DNA of 64,000 nt, taken from Lama guanicoe (Eukaryota). Shown here piece after piece: positions 1 to 13,190 of the stretch. Location: assembly GCA_013239625.1 (NCBI GenBank), contig MU053216.1, positions 1,826,943 through 1,890,942 on the forward strand. The letters run 5' to 3'. A program made the translations under genes and the position numbers. Numbering within the stretch: the first letter of the stretch is position 1; the number at the start of each line of letters is the position of its first letter. The notes beneath the pieces were generated by a model. It was given only the letters and a program-made list of their open reading frames with translations. It had not been told where the DNA came from and did not search any database.

Positions 1-124
1 TCTGCAGTAACCTGTTGGTCACGCAGGTCCACCCACCAGTGTGGGAGGAGGCCAGGGACTACTTGGATCATGAAGACCAGGGGGCAAGAGCCACTGGGCG
101 CCATCTTGGAAGCTGGCTACCATA
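1..124 (-). mobile_element. MaLR LTR fragment (MLT1-like)
   Basis: gccatcttggaagctggctaccata resembles the recalled MLT1F/G/H terminus. Confidence 0.55.
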
Positions 125-1024
125 AAACGTGAGGACGAAACACCAAGTACACATATAAACACGTGTGAACGTCAGGAAGGCACAGTTAGACAAATGCCTT
201 CTCCTTTAAAATCATGTTTACAGGAATTATACTTCAGTTTCCAAATCGAGTACTAATGGTCATGTTTTACGTGTCATTCACGAGGGTTAGGGAGCGTAGA
301 TAAAGAGCTTGCCTTTTTGCGGAACGAAGCAGGGCTAAAGGCTCAGTGTGCTTTAAAGAGCCCAGCTGGCTTCATGAAGAAGGAGTATTAGCCGCCTATC
401 ATTACACACTCTGCACAGTTAGGATTCACTTTGGCAAATTAAATAGGTCAGTATTACTTGTGCTTTTGGAGGAACTTGTTTAAGACTTCAGAGATTGTGG
501 TGGGGAAGACACTTCACGGTCCCTGAAGAGATAAAACATGAGCTCAAGAAAAGCAGAAATAACAGCACAAAAATAAAGGAAAAGGGCTGGATCTCCTGGT
601 TGTTTGCTAAATGAATTGTCCAGATAGCAGATGCTAGGGTGGTTCAAAGGTGGAAGGGATCCTGTAGGAGAGAGGGGTCTTTGGAAGTGATGGAATTTGA
701 ACCACGCCTTACAAGGCAGAAGAGCGGTCCATCAATTCAAGGAGCTATCAGTCACCTAGTATTTTATAAGTTTGTATTTTATCCAGCATCAGGCCAGATA
801 AATATAAAATGATCTCTGCCTTCAAGAGACCAGTCTAATGGGGATTGAATGAAAGTGATGGGGGCTTTCTGGGGGATGGGGTTGTGTGGCGACAGTACAA
901 GGGATGGTGATGGAGCCAGTTTGCCTGCAGTGGGTGATTTCACGAGTCCTGGGAGGGGTCCGGGTTGTGGGTGGCTGAGAGGCTTCTGGATTTTTTTTTT
1001 CCTGCTGCCAATGAGGAATCATTT

Positions 1025-1215
1025 CAACAATAGGAACAAGAAAGACAACAAGTTCATACTGTACAGCACAGGGAACGATATTCAATATCTTGTCGTAACT
1101 TACAGTAAAAAAGAATACGAAAACGAATGTAAGTGTGTCCATGCATGGCTGGAGCACTGTGCTGCACACCAGAAACGGACACAACACTGTAAACTGACCG
1201 TACTTCAATAAAATA
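1025..1215 (+). mobile_element. L1 3' end (cetartiodactyl/camelid type)
   Basis: acagcacagggaac..ttcaatatcttgt...actgtaaactgac..tacttcaataaaa, shared with several other copies in the window. Confidence 0.85.
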
Positions 1216-2540
1216 TATGCATACACACATATATAAATATATACAAAATGACAGGAGTGTATATGTTCTTTTGTGCTGTCACTACCTCTGCCCACCGTGC
1301 TAAGCACACATATTATCTTTTGAGGGAAATAACATGATTGCATCCAAGGCTTCCTGATCCCAGGTCCCATATTTCCAGGTGACTGTGCAGGTGGAGGTGG
1401 TCCAGGACAGAGCAAAGGCAGGGCTGACAGCAGAGGGGGCGAGGGCAGCCCTGCGTGCGCGGGGACGGGAGAAGAGCAGACCTCCGAATGGAGAGCGTTT
1501 TCATAACCCGGAAACAAAAGCAAGCACGTTGTCAACAGTTTCTCCTTCAGGCCAGCCTTTCCTCCTTCCCCCGGGTGGCGACGTTTTTCTTCCAGCTCTT
1601 GTCAGTCACATACGACCAGAACCCACGGGGCTGCCACTGAGACGGGGGCGGGGGTCCTTGCAGAAATGTCGTGGAGCCAAAGGAACAGCTGAGTAAAACA
1701 CGCCAGTGGTGTTTTTCTTCGGGGTTTTTCCAGTTCCCTCATTTTGCACCTGCCTTTGAGTTTATTGAGGCTGAAACATGAAGCCCGCAGCCTCTGGGGT
1801 CCCCAGGAGTCCTGTCCGTGTTGGCAGCCAGACACGGTCAGGGCGCTGCTACAAGCTGTGGCTGCCACAGCCGGCCTGTCACTCTCGGTCTTTCCCTTGG
1901 ACCCTGGCTCCGAGGGGCTCCGCGGAGACCGCCTCTTTCTGCTGCAGGCCTGGTGGGTGGCTCTGAGCCTGCGGGAGGCGTGGCCGGGGACAGGATGTCT
2001 CCTCAGGGCCAGCCCCTGGCAGGCCCCCGAATCTCCCAAGATTTGTGGATGGTTGGGGGTCAGTGGGAATGACAGGCAGGTGAGACAGAGTGAGCTGGCC
2101 CCGATCTCGATGAATCAATGTGGTGAACAGGGTGTCCTGAGCTCCTGGCCACTGAGGAGCCCTGTCCCTGGGAGGAGAGAAATGGGGACCTTTTCCAATG
2201 GTCCGTGATGCTCCCCTGCTGGTCCCATTTCCTGGAGGACAGAGTTCACCAGTGAGGGAGAAATTCACATTGAAGAATAAGGAGAAACCGTGCACTGGGA
2301 GTGGCGACTAGTTACAGAACTTCCGTGTCACATACAGCAGGTTCCTGGCCCGTAAGATACTGGTCAGTGGGTGCTGACCACTGATCCGGCACCAGAATCC
2401 CTATGCCTGGCACCATATTTGTCCTACGTCTAAAAGAAAGTGTTGAAGAGCTGTTAGAACTAGGAAGAAGTGGAGCCTTGAGACAACGTGCCACTTTCAT
2501 TGGCTACAGTTTCTAAAACTCTTTAAATGGCTAAAATCTT

Positions 2541-3326
2541 TTTTTTTCTATTTTTTTAATTGAAGTATAGTCAGTTTACAACATTGTGCCATTTCTGGTA
2601 CACAGCATAATGTTTCAGTCATATACACACATGCACACACACATATATACACATATATGCATATATTCGTTTTCATGTTCTTTTTCATTATAGTTACTAC
2701 AGGATTGAACACAGTTTCCTGTGCTGTACAGTGGGACCTTGTTGTTTATCTATTTTATATATAGTAGTTAGTATCTGCTAATCCCAAACTCTCAATTTAT
2801 CCCTTCCCACCTTCTGTCCCCCCTGGTAACTATTTTGTTTTTTATGTCTGTGAGTCGGTTTCTGTTTTGTAAATAAGTTCATTTATATCTTTTTTTTTTT
2901 TTAGATTCCACATATAAGCGATCTCACATGGTATTTTTCTTTCTCTTTCTGGCTTACTTCACTTAGAATGATGATCTCCAGGTCCATCCATGTTGCTGCA
3001 AATGGCATTGTTTTATTCTTTTTTATGGCTGAGTAGTATTCCATTGTATAAATATACCACATCTTCTTTATCAAGTCACCTGTTGATGGACATTTGGTTG
3101 TTTCCACGTCTTGGCTGTGGTAAATAGTGCTGCTGTTAACACTGGGGTGTGTGTGTCTTTCGAAGTAAGAGTTCCCTCCAGATACATGTCCAGGAATGAG
3201 ATTGCTGGATCATATAGTAACTCCAGTTTTTTAAGGAATCTCATACTATTTTCCATAATGACTGCACCAGTTTACATTCCCACCAACAGTGCAGGAGGGT
3301 TCCCTTTTCTCCACACCCTCTCTGGC
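2541..3326 (-). mobile_element. 5'-truncated L1 with ORF2 C-terminal remnant and target-site duplication
   Basis: ORF track gives KKMWYIYTMEYYSAIKKN..PFAATWMDLE (L1 ORF2 C-terminus). TSD taaatggctaaaatctt (2524-2540) vs taaatggctaacgtcct (3327-3343). Confidence 0.92.
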
Positions 3327-3647
3327 TAAATGGCTAACGTCCTTTATGCATTTGTTAACAATCTAGACAAAAATCAAGAACAAGAGAAATACGAGAAAAA
3401 ATAATAAATGAGACTGAGCAACTAGAGGACTCCCCCACCCCTAGAAGGCTCACCCGCTACTGTCGTTTACAAGCAACCAAGCGCGAGGGTCCCAGGTTTC
3501 CGGAAGGCTTCCTGCCGCCCTGCCCGGGAGGCGCCTGGCGGCTTAGGTTTGTAAACACTGCTGTGTGGTCAAGGGTTGGGCCTTAAGGTTCCAAATCTTC
3601 CATCCCAAAGTCTTAACCCTCAAAAATGGGCATAAAACCCTATTTCT

Positions 3648-3711
3648 TTTTTTTCTTCATGTATTTTTATTGAAGTCTCGTCAGTTTACAATGTTGAGTC
3701 ATTTCTGGTAG
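3648..3711 (-). mobile_element. Very short L1 3' tip
   Basis: Minus strand ccagaaatgactcaacattgtaaactgacgagacttcaataaaa plus A-rich tail; possible TSD aaccctatttct (3636-3647) / agccctagttct (3712-3723). Confidence 0.75.
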
Positions 3712-4454
3712 AGCCCTAGTTCTGCCTTGCACAGAGGCACTGCTGGGTGCTGGAAAATCAAAGCGACCTCCTCGTGCAGCAGACATTCCCCTGAACTTCT
3801 CTTGTCTAGGACCGGGGTGGGAGGACAGGAAATTGTGGGCAGAAGGATGACAAGAAACACCTCTGAGCGCGGCTGCTCGGGTCCACGCCGCTGGGCCCGC
3901 TGGGCAAAGGCCGGGGGTACCGCCCCGCCAGCTACTGAAGGAGGCCTGGAGGCGCGCATCGTTGTCGCGGCTCTTGGTGGAAGCGGGCAGAAGCCCAGCG
4001 CAGAGCAGCTCAGGAAAGAACGAGAGTTTGCCAGCTCAGGCCACGGCGAAGAAGACCGCCAAGCGGCGGAAGGGGCTTCTGCACGGCTCGTCCGGGCGCA
4101 CCGTGTCCGCGGGAACCTGGCTCTCAGGGCAGAAGTTCTGCTTTCCTGCTTTTTTAGACAAATCTCTACCCTGCTGGTGGTGGCAGCAGTGAGGGACGTT
4201 GGTTCCGAAGCTCTGCTCTCAGAGGGAGAAAGGGCGCCTCCGTCCGGGAGCTCCAGCGCCAGTCCGGGGCGCTCTCCTTGGCCGCTTGGGTCAGCGTCCA
4301 TCCTCGAGGCCATCGTGACCGTTTTGTGGTGCTGTGGCCAGGGTCAAAGCTGGCTCTGGGAACTGGAGGTGAAGGTCCGGGTCCCTAGCCTGAAACACAA
4401 GGATGGAGTGATGGAAAGAGTATGGTTTCTAAAAGGAAAATAAGGGGTGGGGGT

Positions 4455-4580
4455 GGGGAGGTACAGCTCAGTGGCAGAGCGCATGCTCAGCGCGCACGAG
4501 GTCCTGGGTTCCGTTTCCAGTACCTCCTTTAAATAAACAAATAAACAATCACCTCCCTCTCCCTTCCCAAACCCCCAAAC
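4455..4580 (+). mobile_element. tRNA-derived SINE (camelid Vic-1-like)
   Basis: ggggaggtacagctcagtggcagagcgcatgctcagc...gaggtcctgggttc...cagtacctcc with A/B boxes and an A-rich tail. Confidence 0.85.
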
Positions 4581-5961
4581 CAATTAAGCCAACTACTTGC
4601 AATACATCTTAAAAAAAATAATAAAATAAAAGGGAAATAAGTCTCGTTACCAAGAGATGGGGCGAGGGACCCCGAGCAGGCGCAGCGGCGCGCCCATGCC
4701 CGCCGAGACCGCGCTCTGCGCACCTGCAGCCGCGTCCCCCTGGCGTGGGGCCTCGCACCGCGCTCGGTGACTGTCCTCCCCCACTGTTTCTCCAGGATGT
4801 TTCTTTCCAGTAAGTCTTTTAAAATATGTGTAAATGTAAATGGACATAGTAAAAAAATAAAAAGTTCAAATAGAAAGTTATCAGATTCCTTCATCACCAG
4901 ACCCTAGGCCCTCAGGTGACCAAAATGGTAGCGCTCTGAAAATTGCTCCGTGTGTGCAGGTATCTGTGTATCTACCGCCTCTCTCTCTCCAGCCTTAAAA
5001 AAAAATTAATTGGTATACCCTTATCTTTATTTGTATCTCAAAATTAGAACTCAAGTCGAGCATCTTTTAACATGGTTAGCCATTCTCTATTTAACTTCTA
5101 TGAACTTAAGATCTGTTTTTTCTACCCCCATTAAGATATTAATGGTTGAATTCCTTCGTACTCTGTCTTTGCCGTTAGAGTTCATTTAATCCTGGTCGGG
5201 TAATGTGATATGGGTCAGTTTATCATCTGAATCCCAGGACGTCAGAGCTGGAGAAACTCTGGAGATAGGGCCATGATGCATTCTCGTTTCTGGATAAAGG
5301 AACTGAAGTGTAGGGGACGGAACGTCCAAGATCCGAGACTGGGTCAGAACCAGAACGCACACCGCCTGGGGTGTAACTCAGGTCTTTTATTTTGCTGTTA
5401 TTCATGACAAGAAGTCTGTCTTGGAGATTTAAACCACTCATTTTAATCTGTTAACGTCCCAAAGAGTTTCTTTTGGCTATAACCACAAGCCAATGAGCCA
5501 GCTTCTCCATCCAATGTTTCACTTAATGGCGTATTTTATCACAGTTCAGCGACCCTGCGGGCTGGCTGGCTGTGCCCTGCGTGTTAAACTCCCCTTAAGC
5601 GCAGCAGTAAAACTCCCTGCGTGTGACTGTAGCTCAGGGAGAGACAGCGCTTCTTAGGCTCAGAAACACCAACTCAGGACAAATCAAGTGAGAAAAATCA
5701 ATAGTCTCCCTCCTGCCATTACTTACGGTTTTCATGGGTTGTTTAATATAATGAAATAGCTACAGGAAAAAAAATCCTGGAGCTCCATGTTACGTTCTCG
5801 TCTTTGTAGAGCTGCCCCAATTCCTCCGGAGATTCAGCTCACTTCATCTCAGTCTTGACGCTGGAATTTTCTCTTCCTGACGTTCTTGTGGGATGTAAAT
5901 TACTACTAAATTAAATTATTACTTATTGCTAACGTCTCTGAGGTTCTCGTTAGGGAAATTT

Positions 5962-6356
5962 ATTTTATTTTATTATTTTTAAACATTGTTATTTATTTAT
6001 TTTAATTGAAGTATCAGTCAGTTACAGTGTGTCAATTTCTGGTGTGCAGCACAATGCCCCAGTCATGCATATACATACATACATTCATTTTCATATTCTT
6101 TTCCATTAAAGATTATTACAGGATATTGAATATAGTTCCCTGTGCTACACAGAAGAAATTTGGTTTTTAATCTATTTTTGTATATAGTAGTTAATATTTG
6201 CAAACCCTGAACTCCCCAATTTATCCCTTCCCACCCCTTTTCCCTGGAAACCATAAAATTGTTTACTAAGTCTGTGAGTCTGTTTCTGTTTTGTGGATGA
6301 GTTCATTAGTGTCTTCTTGTTTTTTTTAGACTCCAAATATGAGCAATATCATACAT
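5962..6356 (-). mobile_element. L1 3' end
   Basis: T-rich tail, attgaagta..gtcagttaca..., atatagttccctgtgct; possible TSD agggaaattta / aggggaattta. Confidence 0.88.
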
Positions 6357-8329
6357 CAGGGGAATTTAAAAGTGAGAATTGATCTGCCACAGACTTTAAT
6401 CCAGGCTCCCTCGACTTCCCTGATTCAAAAACATCACCCTGCTTGGTGCCCTACTTAAGGAACATGGCTTTTTATTACTTTTATAATTTAGATACATCTG
6501 GGTCTTCTCTTCTTAAACTAAGATTTTTTTTTGAATTAAAGAACGTTCAACCTATGAGTTAGAAAGTTATTGATATAATTTTTCAATTAATAGAAAAAAC
6601 ATAAGATTTTGAGGAAAAGAACAACAAAAATAATTGGCAATGTAATACACTACACGTTACCAAGTAAATCCAGATTAAGAGCAAAATAAGGTAGGTTCAA
6701 ATATAGAAAAAATAAGGTGTATGTGTATTTTAAATGCTGTAATTAGTTAAAATGTTTAATATGTGATCTCCAATTTTTTCTTTTTCGGCCACATGTGTTC
6801 AGTTGGGCCTCTGTGCTGAGGGACCTCCATGTGCTATTTCTGTTTTCTGAGTGAGTTTTTTTTTTTTTCCCGTTTTCATTTCCAAATTATGTCCACTTAA
6901 TTTCAGAATGCTGAACATTCTGTCCGAATACTTGAAAGTTCTTGACTTCCGTGTAGGCAAAGAGCCGTGATGGGTCCAAGGGAAGTTTTCCCAGCCCTGT
7001 TTTACTGACCTCTCTCCTAGTACATTCTTAAGAAATTATGTCTTAGTAAATCAGAGTGTACCTTTGGTTTCAGCTAAATGCAACCTGGGAATAGTGTATT
7101 AATACTAATAAAAATGTTCTTGGCTTTAGAAGTTGACTTTCTGTGACTGTAATGGCAAATATGGGTATTTTTAATATATATTCAAGGGAACGGGGTCTTA
7201 ATGAAAAAGCGAAGGCTGAGGTTAGATGGGGGTGCAGCACCACTGTTCTTGGGTTCTTTTCTGGACAGAGAGCAGAGATGACAGAGCCGACCTGGGGACA
7301 GCAGCAGTGCAGAAACTTCCCCCTGAGCAAACCCTCTGACGACAGAGCTGTTCCTCGCAGTTCTCACCCCCCAACAAAACCAAACCAAACCCCCAGCCAC
7401 CCAGTGGCCGGATTTATGGGGATGCTGGTAGTGGAAACCCAACATGACTAAAGATGTTGGGGAGACCCCCCAAGTATCGGTCGCTCTGAACGTCAAATAG
7501 TGAATGAGGGTCAAGTCAGAAGGGAGTGCTGCGCCCTCAGGTAAGTGGGGCGAGGAGCTGTCGGGCGGGAGCGCCCGCGGGGCCCCGGGGAGGGCGCACG
7601 CTCCTCACTGGGCACGTCCTTTTTGTTCACTGATAAAGACTCTCGTCCTTGAGCTGGAAGTGTGAACAAAACTTTGTTCTAAGATGGCTTTTTGGTTGAT
7701 AATTATCCACTTAAAAAGCGTACCGTTGTGAAATAGAAAACCAGCGTGCTGTTGGGTCCTGCAACCTGGAGATGGCGAGATTGTCCGGGCCAGCGGAGGG
7801 ACCGGCAGGGGCGGGGCCGGCAGGACGGTCCAAAGTGACCTGCATTCTGTTTTTCTGATTTCGAAGCTTATGCCCTTAGCCATGTGACTGCGTGTGTGCG
7901 TGCGCGCGCGCGCTCATGTGCTCAACTGCAGGTTGAAGGAAGAGGACTTTACAACTGCCTTTAATCCCCAAGAAAGTTTTAGTGACAAGCTTGCATGTGA
8001 GGAGAGCCTTGATGGAAGGCTTTAAAATTTTTTTAATGATAACTTTTGTCATAAAGCTTGATATTTTTTCTTATAAAAATAATACATGTTCTGTGCAGAA
8101 AAATAGAGAATTCAAGAATAAGAAAAAACTACTCTGGATTGTACCACCAAGAGAGCTCTTCCATAAGCCAGTTGGCATATCTGTTCCAAACCCGACCTCC
8201 CCCTCCGGGTCGGATGGCGCGCGGCAGGGGCGCGGAGAGAGGGCGTGGGTGCGCCAGCGGCTCCTGTGTTCTCTTCATTTGTTTGTTGTGTGCTTTAGTT
8301 GATGTTATCTCAGGGAAGTAGGTCACAGG

Positions 8330-8960
8330 TTTTGATGGGCAGAGTGGACAGAGATATTTCAGGCAGAGGATTGTTGGAACAGGATCATGGGTCCAGAAAG
8401 GATTGCAGGGTCTGATTCCAGAGCAGTCGTGCAGTTTGGGCTGGCATTCGGGGCGAGGGGAAGTTTGGAGCCAGACTGGTAAACCATTAGACTATCAGAC
8501 TAAAGAGTCTGGAATTCATTTGGTAGAAAAGGCAAAGCCATGAAACTATCTTTGATCTTTCTAATGCTTTGCTAAAAAAGGTTGCCTTGAGGAAGGTTAA
8601 CTTGGGATTGTAAGCGGGTGGACGGGAATATGAGGAGAGGAGAGAGGGAAGGGGGTGTTAGAGGGCTGTGCCCCAGGGGAGGGGAATCAGGAGCAAGAAG
8701 GCGGTGGTCACAGCCAGGAAGACAGAGGAGCCGCAGAAGGGGAAGCATGAACAGAGCAGCTGGGTAACTGACTGTGTGTGCGGTAGGGAAGGGAAGATCA
8801 GAGACGGACTAGGGCTTCAAGTGATGGGCCATCGATGGTCCTGCGGAGGGGATGGGAAGAGCTGATCCAGGGGTAAGACGATTAGATGTTGAGTTGGGGA
8901 GGCCAAGGAGACATCCAGTGTAGAGGCGTCTGTCCCACAAGCATGAGTGTCTGGTGGAAT
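8330..8960 (-). mobile_element. Degraded L2 fragment
   Basis: Purine-rich run with recalled L2 motifs (ctaaagagtctggaattcatt, gagacatccagtgtagaggcgtc). Confidence 0.55.
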
Positions 8961-8990
8961 GGTACATGACTCTCAGTTACCCATAAAAAG

Positions 8991-9032
8991 CTTCTCAAAG
9001 GCAAAGGTGGACGAACCTTTGCCTTTGAGAAG
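8991..9032. repeat. Perfect 18-bp inverted repeat with a 6-nt spacer
   Basis: cttctcaaaggcaaaggt-ggacga-acctttgcctttgagaag. Confidence 0.95.
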
Positions 9033-9346
9033 GCAAAACCTTTAGTCTGGATCTTCCATTTTTGTTGCGCTTCCTAAGAGGCATCTCTTGCAGAATGTCG
9101 GTGCTGTCCAGAGAGCCCTCTTGACCCTAGTGACCACTGTTCATGCCTGACGGAGCCCTGCATTCATACATGGTTCTGGACCATAAATTCTGGGCCGTAA
9201 TTTCATTCTGAGATCCGTTCCTTGGTTGATTGATTTTGTTCTTGAAAACAGTGGAGCGGCTGTGTCCCAGCTGTACACCTACGTGAGAAGGACGACGTGT
9301 TTTGAACACAAAGGGAGTTAAGGGGAGTACCTTTCGGGGGTACTCT

Positions 9347-9430
9347 GGGTACAGCTCAGAGGTAGGGTGCTTGCTCAGCATGTGCGAGGTCCTGCGTTCA
9401 ATCCCCAGGACCTCCATGAAAAATAAAGAA
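9347..9430 (+). mobile_element. Vic-1-like SINE
   Basis: gggtacagctcagaggtagggtgcttgctcagcatgtgcgaggtcctgcgttcaatccccaggacctcc. Confidence 0.8.
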
Positions 9431-9907
9431 GTGTTCCTTTGTCTGCTTTACGAGCCGGACGCTCCACACTGGGGCACCATCTCGTCCACCTCTTACTCCT
9501 CCTGCTGTAACCTCAGCTGTTTATGAGGATGGCCTGAATCCTCCCCCACGTCATTAAAAAGACTTCGCACTGAACTCGATGCTCAGTGAACCGTTGTGGG
9601 GTTTGAGAGGATGTTAGTGCCAGCCAGGAAGGGTCCCTCAAGCCTTTCAAGGCCGTCACGTCGGAATTAGCAGACACCAGGCCACGAATGCCTCCGCGGT
9701 GTCCCTGAGAGGTGGCTCTCAAGGCCTTGTTCTCAGGAAGTTGGCTGCATGCAGTCCAGCTCAGAGTTGAGCCACTGAGTCCAGGGACCAGACTTGGACC
9801 TGCTGCTGCTTCGGAAGACCCAGCCTCGTGGCCCGGAGTTCTCCTAATTCGGTCCATCTCTGTGCCTCCTCATCGCCACTGCTCTCTGCTTAAATCTCAT
9901 CCCCCCC

Positions 9908-10725
9908 TTTTTTTTTCTTTTTTTAGTTTACAATGTGTCAGTTTCAGTCATACATACACATTCATAGATTCATTTTCACTATAGGTGACTACAAGATATT
10001 GAATATAGTTCCCTGTGCTCGACAGTAGAAACTTGTTTATCTATTTTACATATATATATATAGTAGTGAGTATCTGTTAATCTTGAACTCCCAATTTATC
10101 CCTTCCCACCAACCCCCATCCCCATAACCAAAAGTTTTTCTGTGTCTGAATCTGTTCCTATTTTGTAAATAAGTTCATTTGTGTGGTTTTTTGTTCTTAG
10201 ATTCCACATATAAGTGATGGCATACAATAATATATTTCTTTCCCTTTCTGGCCTCACAATGATGATCTCTGGGTCCATCCATGTTGCTGCAAATGGCATT
10301 ATTTCATTCTTTTTCATGGCAGAGTAGTATTCCATTGTATAAATATACCACATCTTCTTTATCCAGTCATCTGTTGTTGGACATTTAGGTTGTGTCCATG
10401 TCTTGACTGTTGTATGCAGTGCTGTTATGAACATTGGGGTGCATGTATCTTTTTGAATTAAAGTTCCCTCTGGATACATGCCCAGGAGTGGGATCGCTGG
10501 ATCATAGGATTTATTTTCGGTTTTTTAAGGCATCTCCATACTGTTTTCCATAGTGGCTGCACCGATTTACATTCCCACCAGCAGTGGAGGAGGATTCCCT
10601 TTTCTCCACACCCTCTCCAGTGTTTACTGTTTGTTTGTGGATTTTTTAATGACTCTGACGGTGTGAGGTGATACCTCATTGTAGTTTTGACTTGCATTCT
10701 CTGATGGTTAGCGACGTTGAGCATT
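9908..10725 (-). mobile_element. 5'-truncated L1 with ORF2 remnant
   Basis: ORF track gives [27 protein letters not shown] and KKMWYIYTMEYYSA, with frameshifts. Confidence 0.92.
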
Positions 10726-11658
10726 CTTATTTTCTAGCATGCATGGCTATGTTATAATGGCTTTCTAGACGGTTTAACTGTTGCCAGCTACACTATGATT
10801 CAAAGCAGGTCTGCCGGCTGTGGCACTTGGGCTGTTAGCTGACCCCCAGCCTGAACCGAAGTCTCTATTTCTAGATGGTGAGTACTTGGTACAGAGGAGT
10901 GTCTTCTGAGTAGGGAAACATATATACAGATACAAGCCCTAAGACAAGTCCATCAGTAGTTTTACCTTGGATGCTGCTGGTTGCAGGCGCAACGCCTGGT
11001 GCTTGGTCCTTCTGTGGCCCGAGGGTGTGGGGTTCTGGAACTTGACCACGAGGAATGTGAGCCAGGGAAGACGTCGTAACCTCATTTCTAAGACACAAGT
11101 CTTCGCAGTGAAGCTTACTTCAAACCCAGATATGTCTGACAGTGATGTCAGAAGCGTGTTTCCTTCGGAGTGGTGTGTAAAATAATGGTGCGTCTCACAC
11201 GCGATGTGAGATGAGTTGACCTTAGATTTCAAGAAATCTTTCTCACTTGGATTTTCAGATCAAAGAGTGGCTAAACAAAAACGTTCACCTAACTTAGAAC
11301 TGTATTGTCTGTAATGAAATCACTGCAAGGTCCGATGAAGCTCACGGTACCTGCGTTTATACTCCCCGCCCCATGTTGCATCTTACGTGCTGAAACCGTT
11401 ACCTGCTTTAACTTTCAAACAATGTGAACATTCATGGTGAATCAATAGACAGTGAAAAGTCAAGTAGGGTTCCATGCTTTGGACCACGATGGCTTTAAGA
11501 ATTGTTCTCTAAGTCATCCTTCCTTTACCCGAGATAAGCAAGAATCTATTGATGTAGAAATTACCAGCGAAGGTGCAGTTTTAGATTCTTAGGTTCTTTT
11601 TAAAAGCAGCTATAAGAAAGGTGGAGGGGAAGTTTTTTTAAAGTAAAAATTTATTTTT

Positions 11659-11730
11659 CGGGGGAGGTAATTAGGTTTATGTATGAATGCATGTGTTTAT
11701 TTTTAATGGAGGTCCTGGGGATGGAACCAG
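11659..11730 (-). mobile_element. Partial Vic-1-like SINE (3' part)
   Basis: ggggaggtaattaggtttat...taatggaggtcctggggatggaacc. Confidence 0.7.
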
Positions 11731-11854
11731 AGGAAGATTTGCATATAAATCAGGATGTGTATTCCTTTTTCAGGGTGAAAGATCATTAACACTGCTTTTC
11801 AAATTCTTTGTTTTCAAATATATGTTGAATTATGAGAAGAACAATTAAATATTT

Positions 11855-11990
11855 GATTCAACCCAAGAAACATTTATCAAGCACCTATTACGAGCTGGCA
11901 CTGAGTTAGAGGGAGCTGAGGCTATGAACGGGCTTGGGTCTGCAGTGGGGAGCCCGGCCCCCCAAAGCTTCCTGGTGGAAGAAACACGGG
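11855..11990 (-). mobile_element. L2 3' fragment
   Basis: aaacatttatcaagcacctattacgagctggcactg resembles the reverse of the L2 terminus. Confidence 0.6.
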
Positions 11991-13190
11991 GTGTCTGGTA
12001 GACTTTCCTTCCTTTTTAATTCTTTAGACCCACGTGATGGGGCATCACCCTCCTGGGATGTGCTGGGAGATCTGTCACTGCTATTTTGTCAGCTCGTTCT
12101 CAGAGAGCACAGCTCTTCGTCAGAGAGGAAGTCAGGAGGAAGGGGAGGACACATCATCTGGGCATCTGGGCCGGGACGGGGACCGCTGCTGTCTCAAGTC
12201 TGACCCAGCCGCTTAGTAACCTTCCTCTGAAGAGAACAGCACAGGCCTGAAATTGCCCGCCCCAGATGCGGGGCAAGACCGCCCGGGGGCAACGCCCTAG
12301 CTGGTGTGGGGGCCCAGTAACCCGGTTCAGAGGGAGCCGACTGCACAGCCGGGGGAGGTGGGGGCCTCCCTGCTGCTCTCCCCGCTCCCGTCCCCCGTCC
12401 CCTGGAGCCTGCCGGTGGCTCTGGGATGTCCCCAGATGTGCAAGTGGCCGATGTGCAGCCCCCATGTTTACAAAAGCCGCTGTCGTTCCCTCCCCACGTC
12501 CGCACGGCTAACTAAGGGCTGAAGGAAGCCTTGATCCTTGCAGGGGCGACAGGAGCTGTTTTCCGTCCCTGACCTCCTGAGCCACCCCTGGTGGAGAGAC
12601 CGAAGGGCGGTCGCCACGCGCCTTTATTCTGCATGGAGAGCTCACAACATAGTAAGCATAGACGATTAATAGTAAGTATTTTACCATAAATGATTAATAA
12701 CAAATATTTTACCAAATGACTACAAAATAAGCAGGCTTTGAGTTTCCCTATTCCCCTGCAATTGTGATGAATGGTGTTTACAATATAAAAACATTCATGG
12801 CCCCCAGTTCCCCCGAAGCCCCTCCAGAAGATGAGAGTCTAGGGCAGCTGCCGCTGTGTCCCAGAGCCGTCCCCTGTCCCCGCATCTGCTGGGGGCCTCT
12901 GTTACACAGCAGATTACTTTTGGGAAAGTTTTCCGCAGGGCTTGAAAAACAGGAACTTGGCACTTCTGTGGATCATAAATCAAAGTTGGATGGAAAGCCC
13001 CTTCTTTGACGCTCAGTGCCATCTGAGCTCGGACTGCACCTCGTGAGAATAAACGCAGGAAGCTCTGAGGACGCTCAGTAGAGCTAAAAAAATGACACAC
13101 ACATAAAACCACTTGAGGTCACCTCCCAGCACAGCCATACCTTATTTGGGCACAGTTGTCCACAGAATGAGGCAATACACTGACAGGTTT

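Noticed and set aside
822..1535. 237-aa minus-strand ORF
   Set aside because: Non-ATG start, runs through an L1 3'UTR and simple repeat, no recognisable domain.
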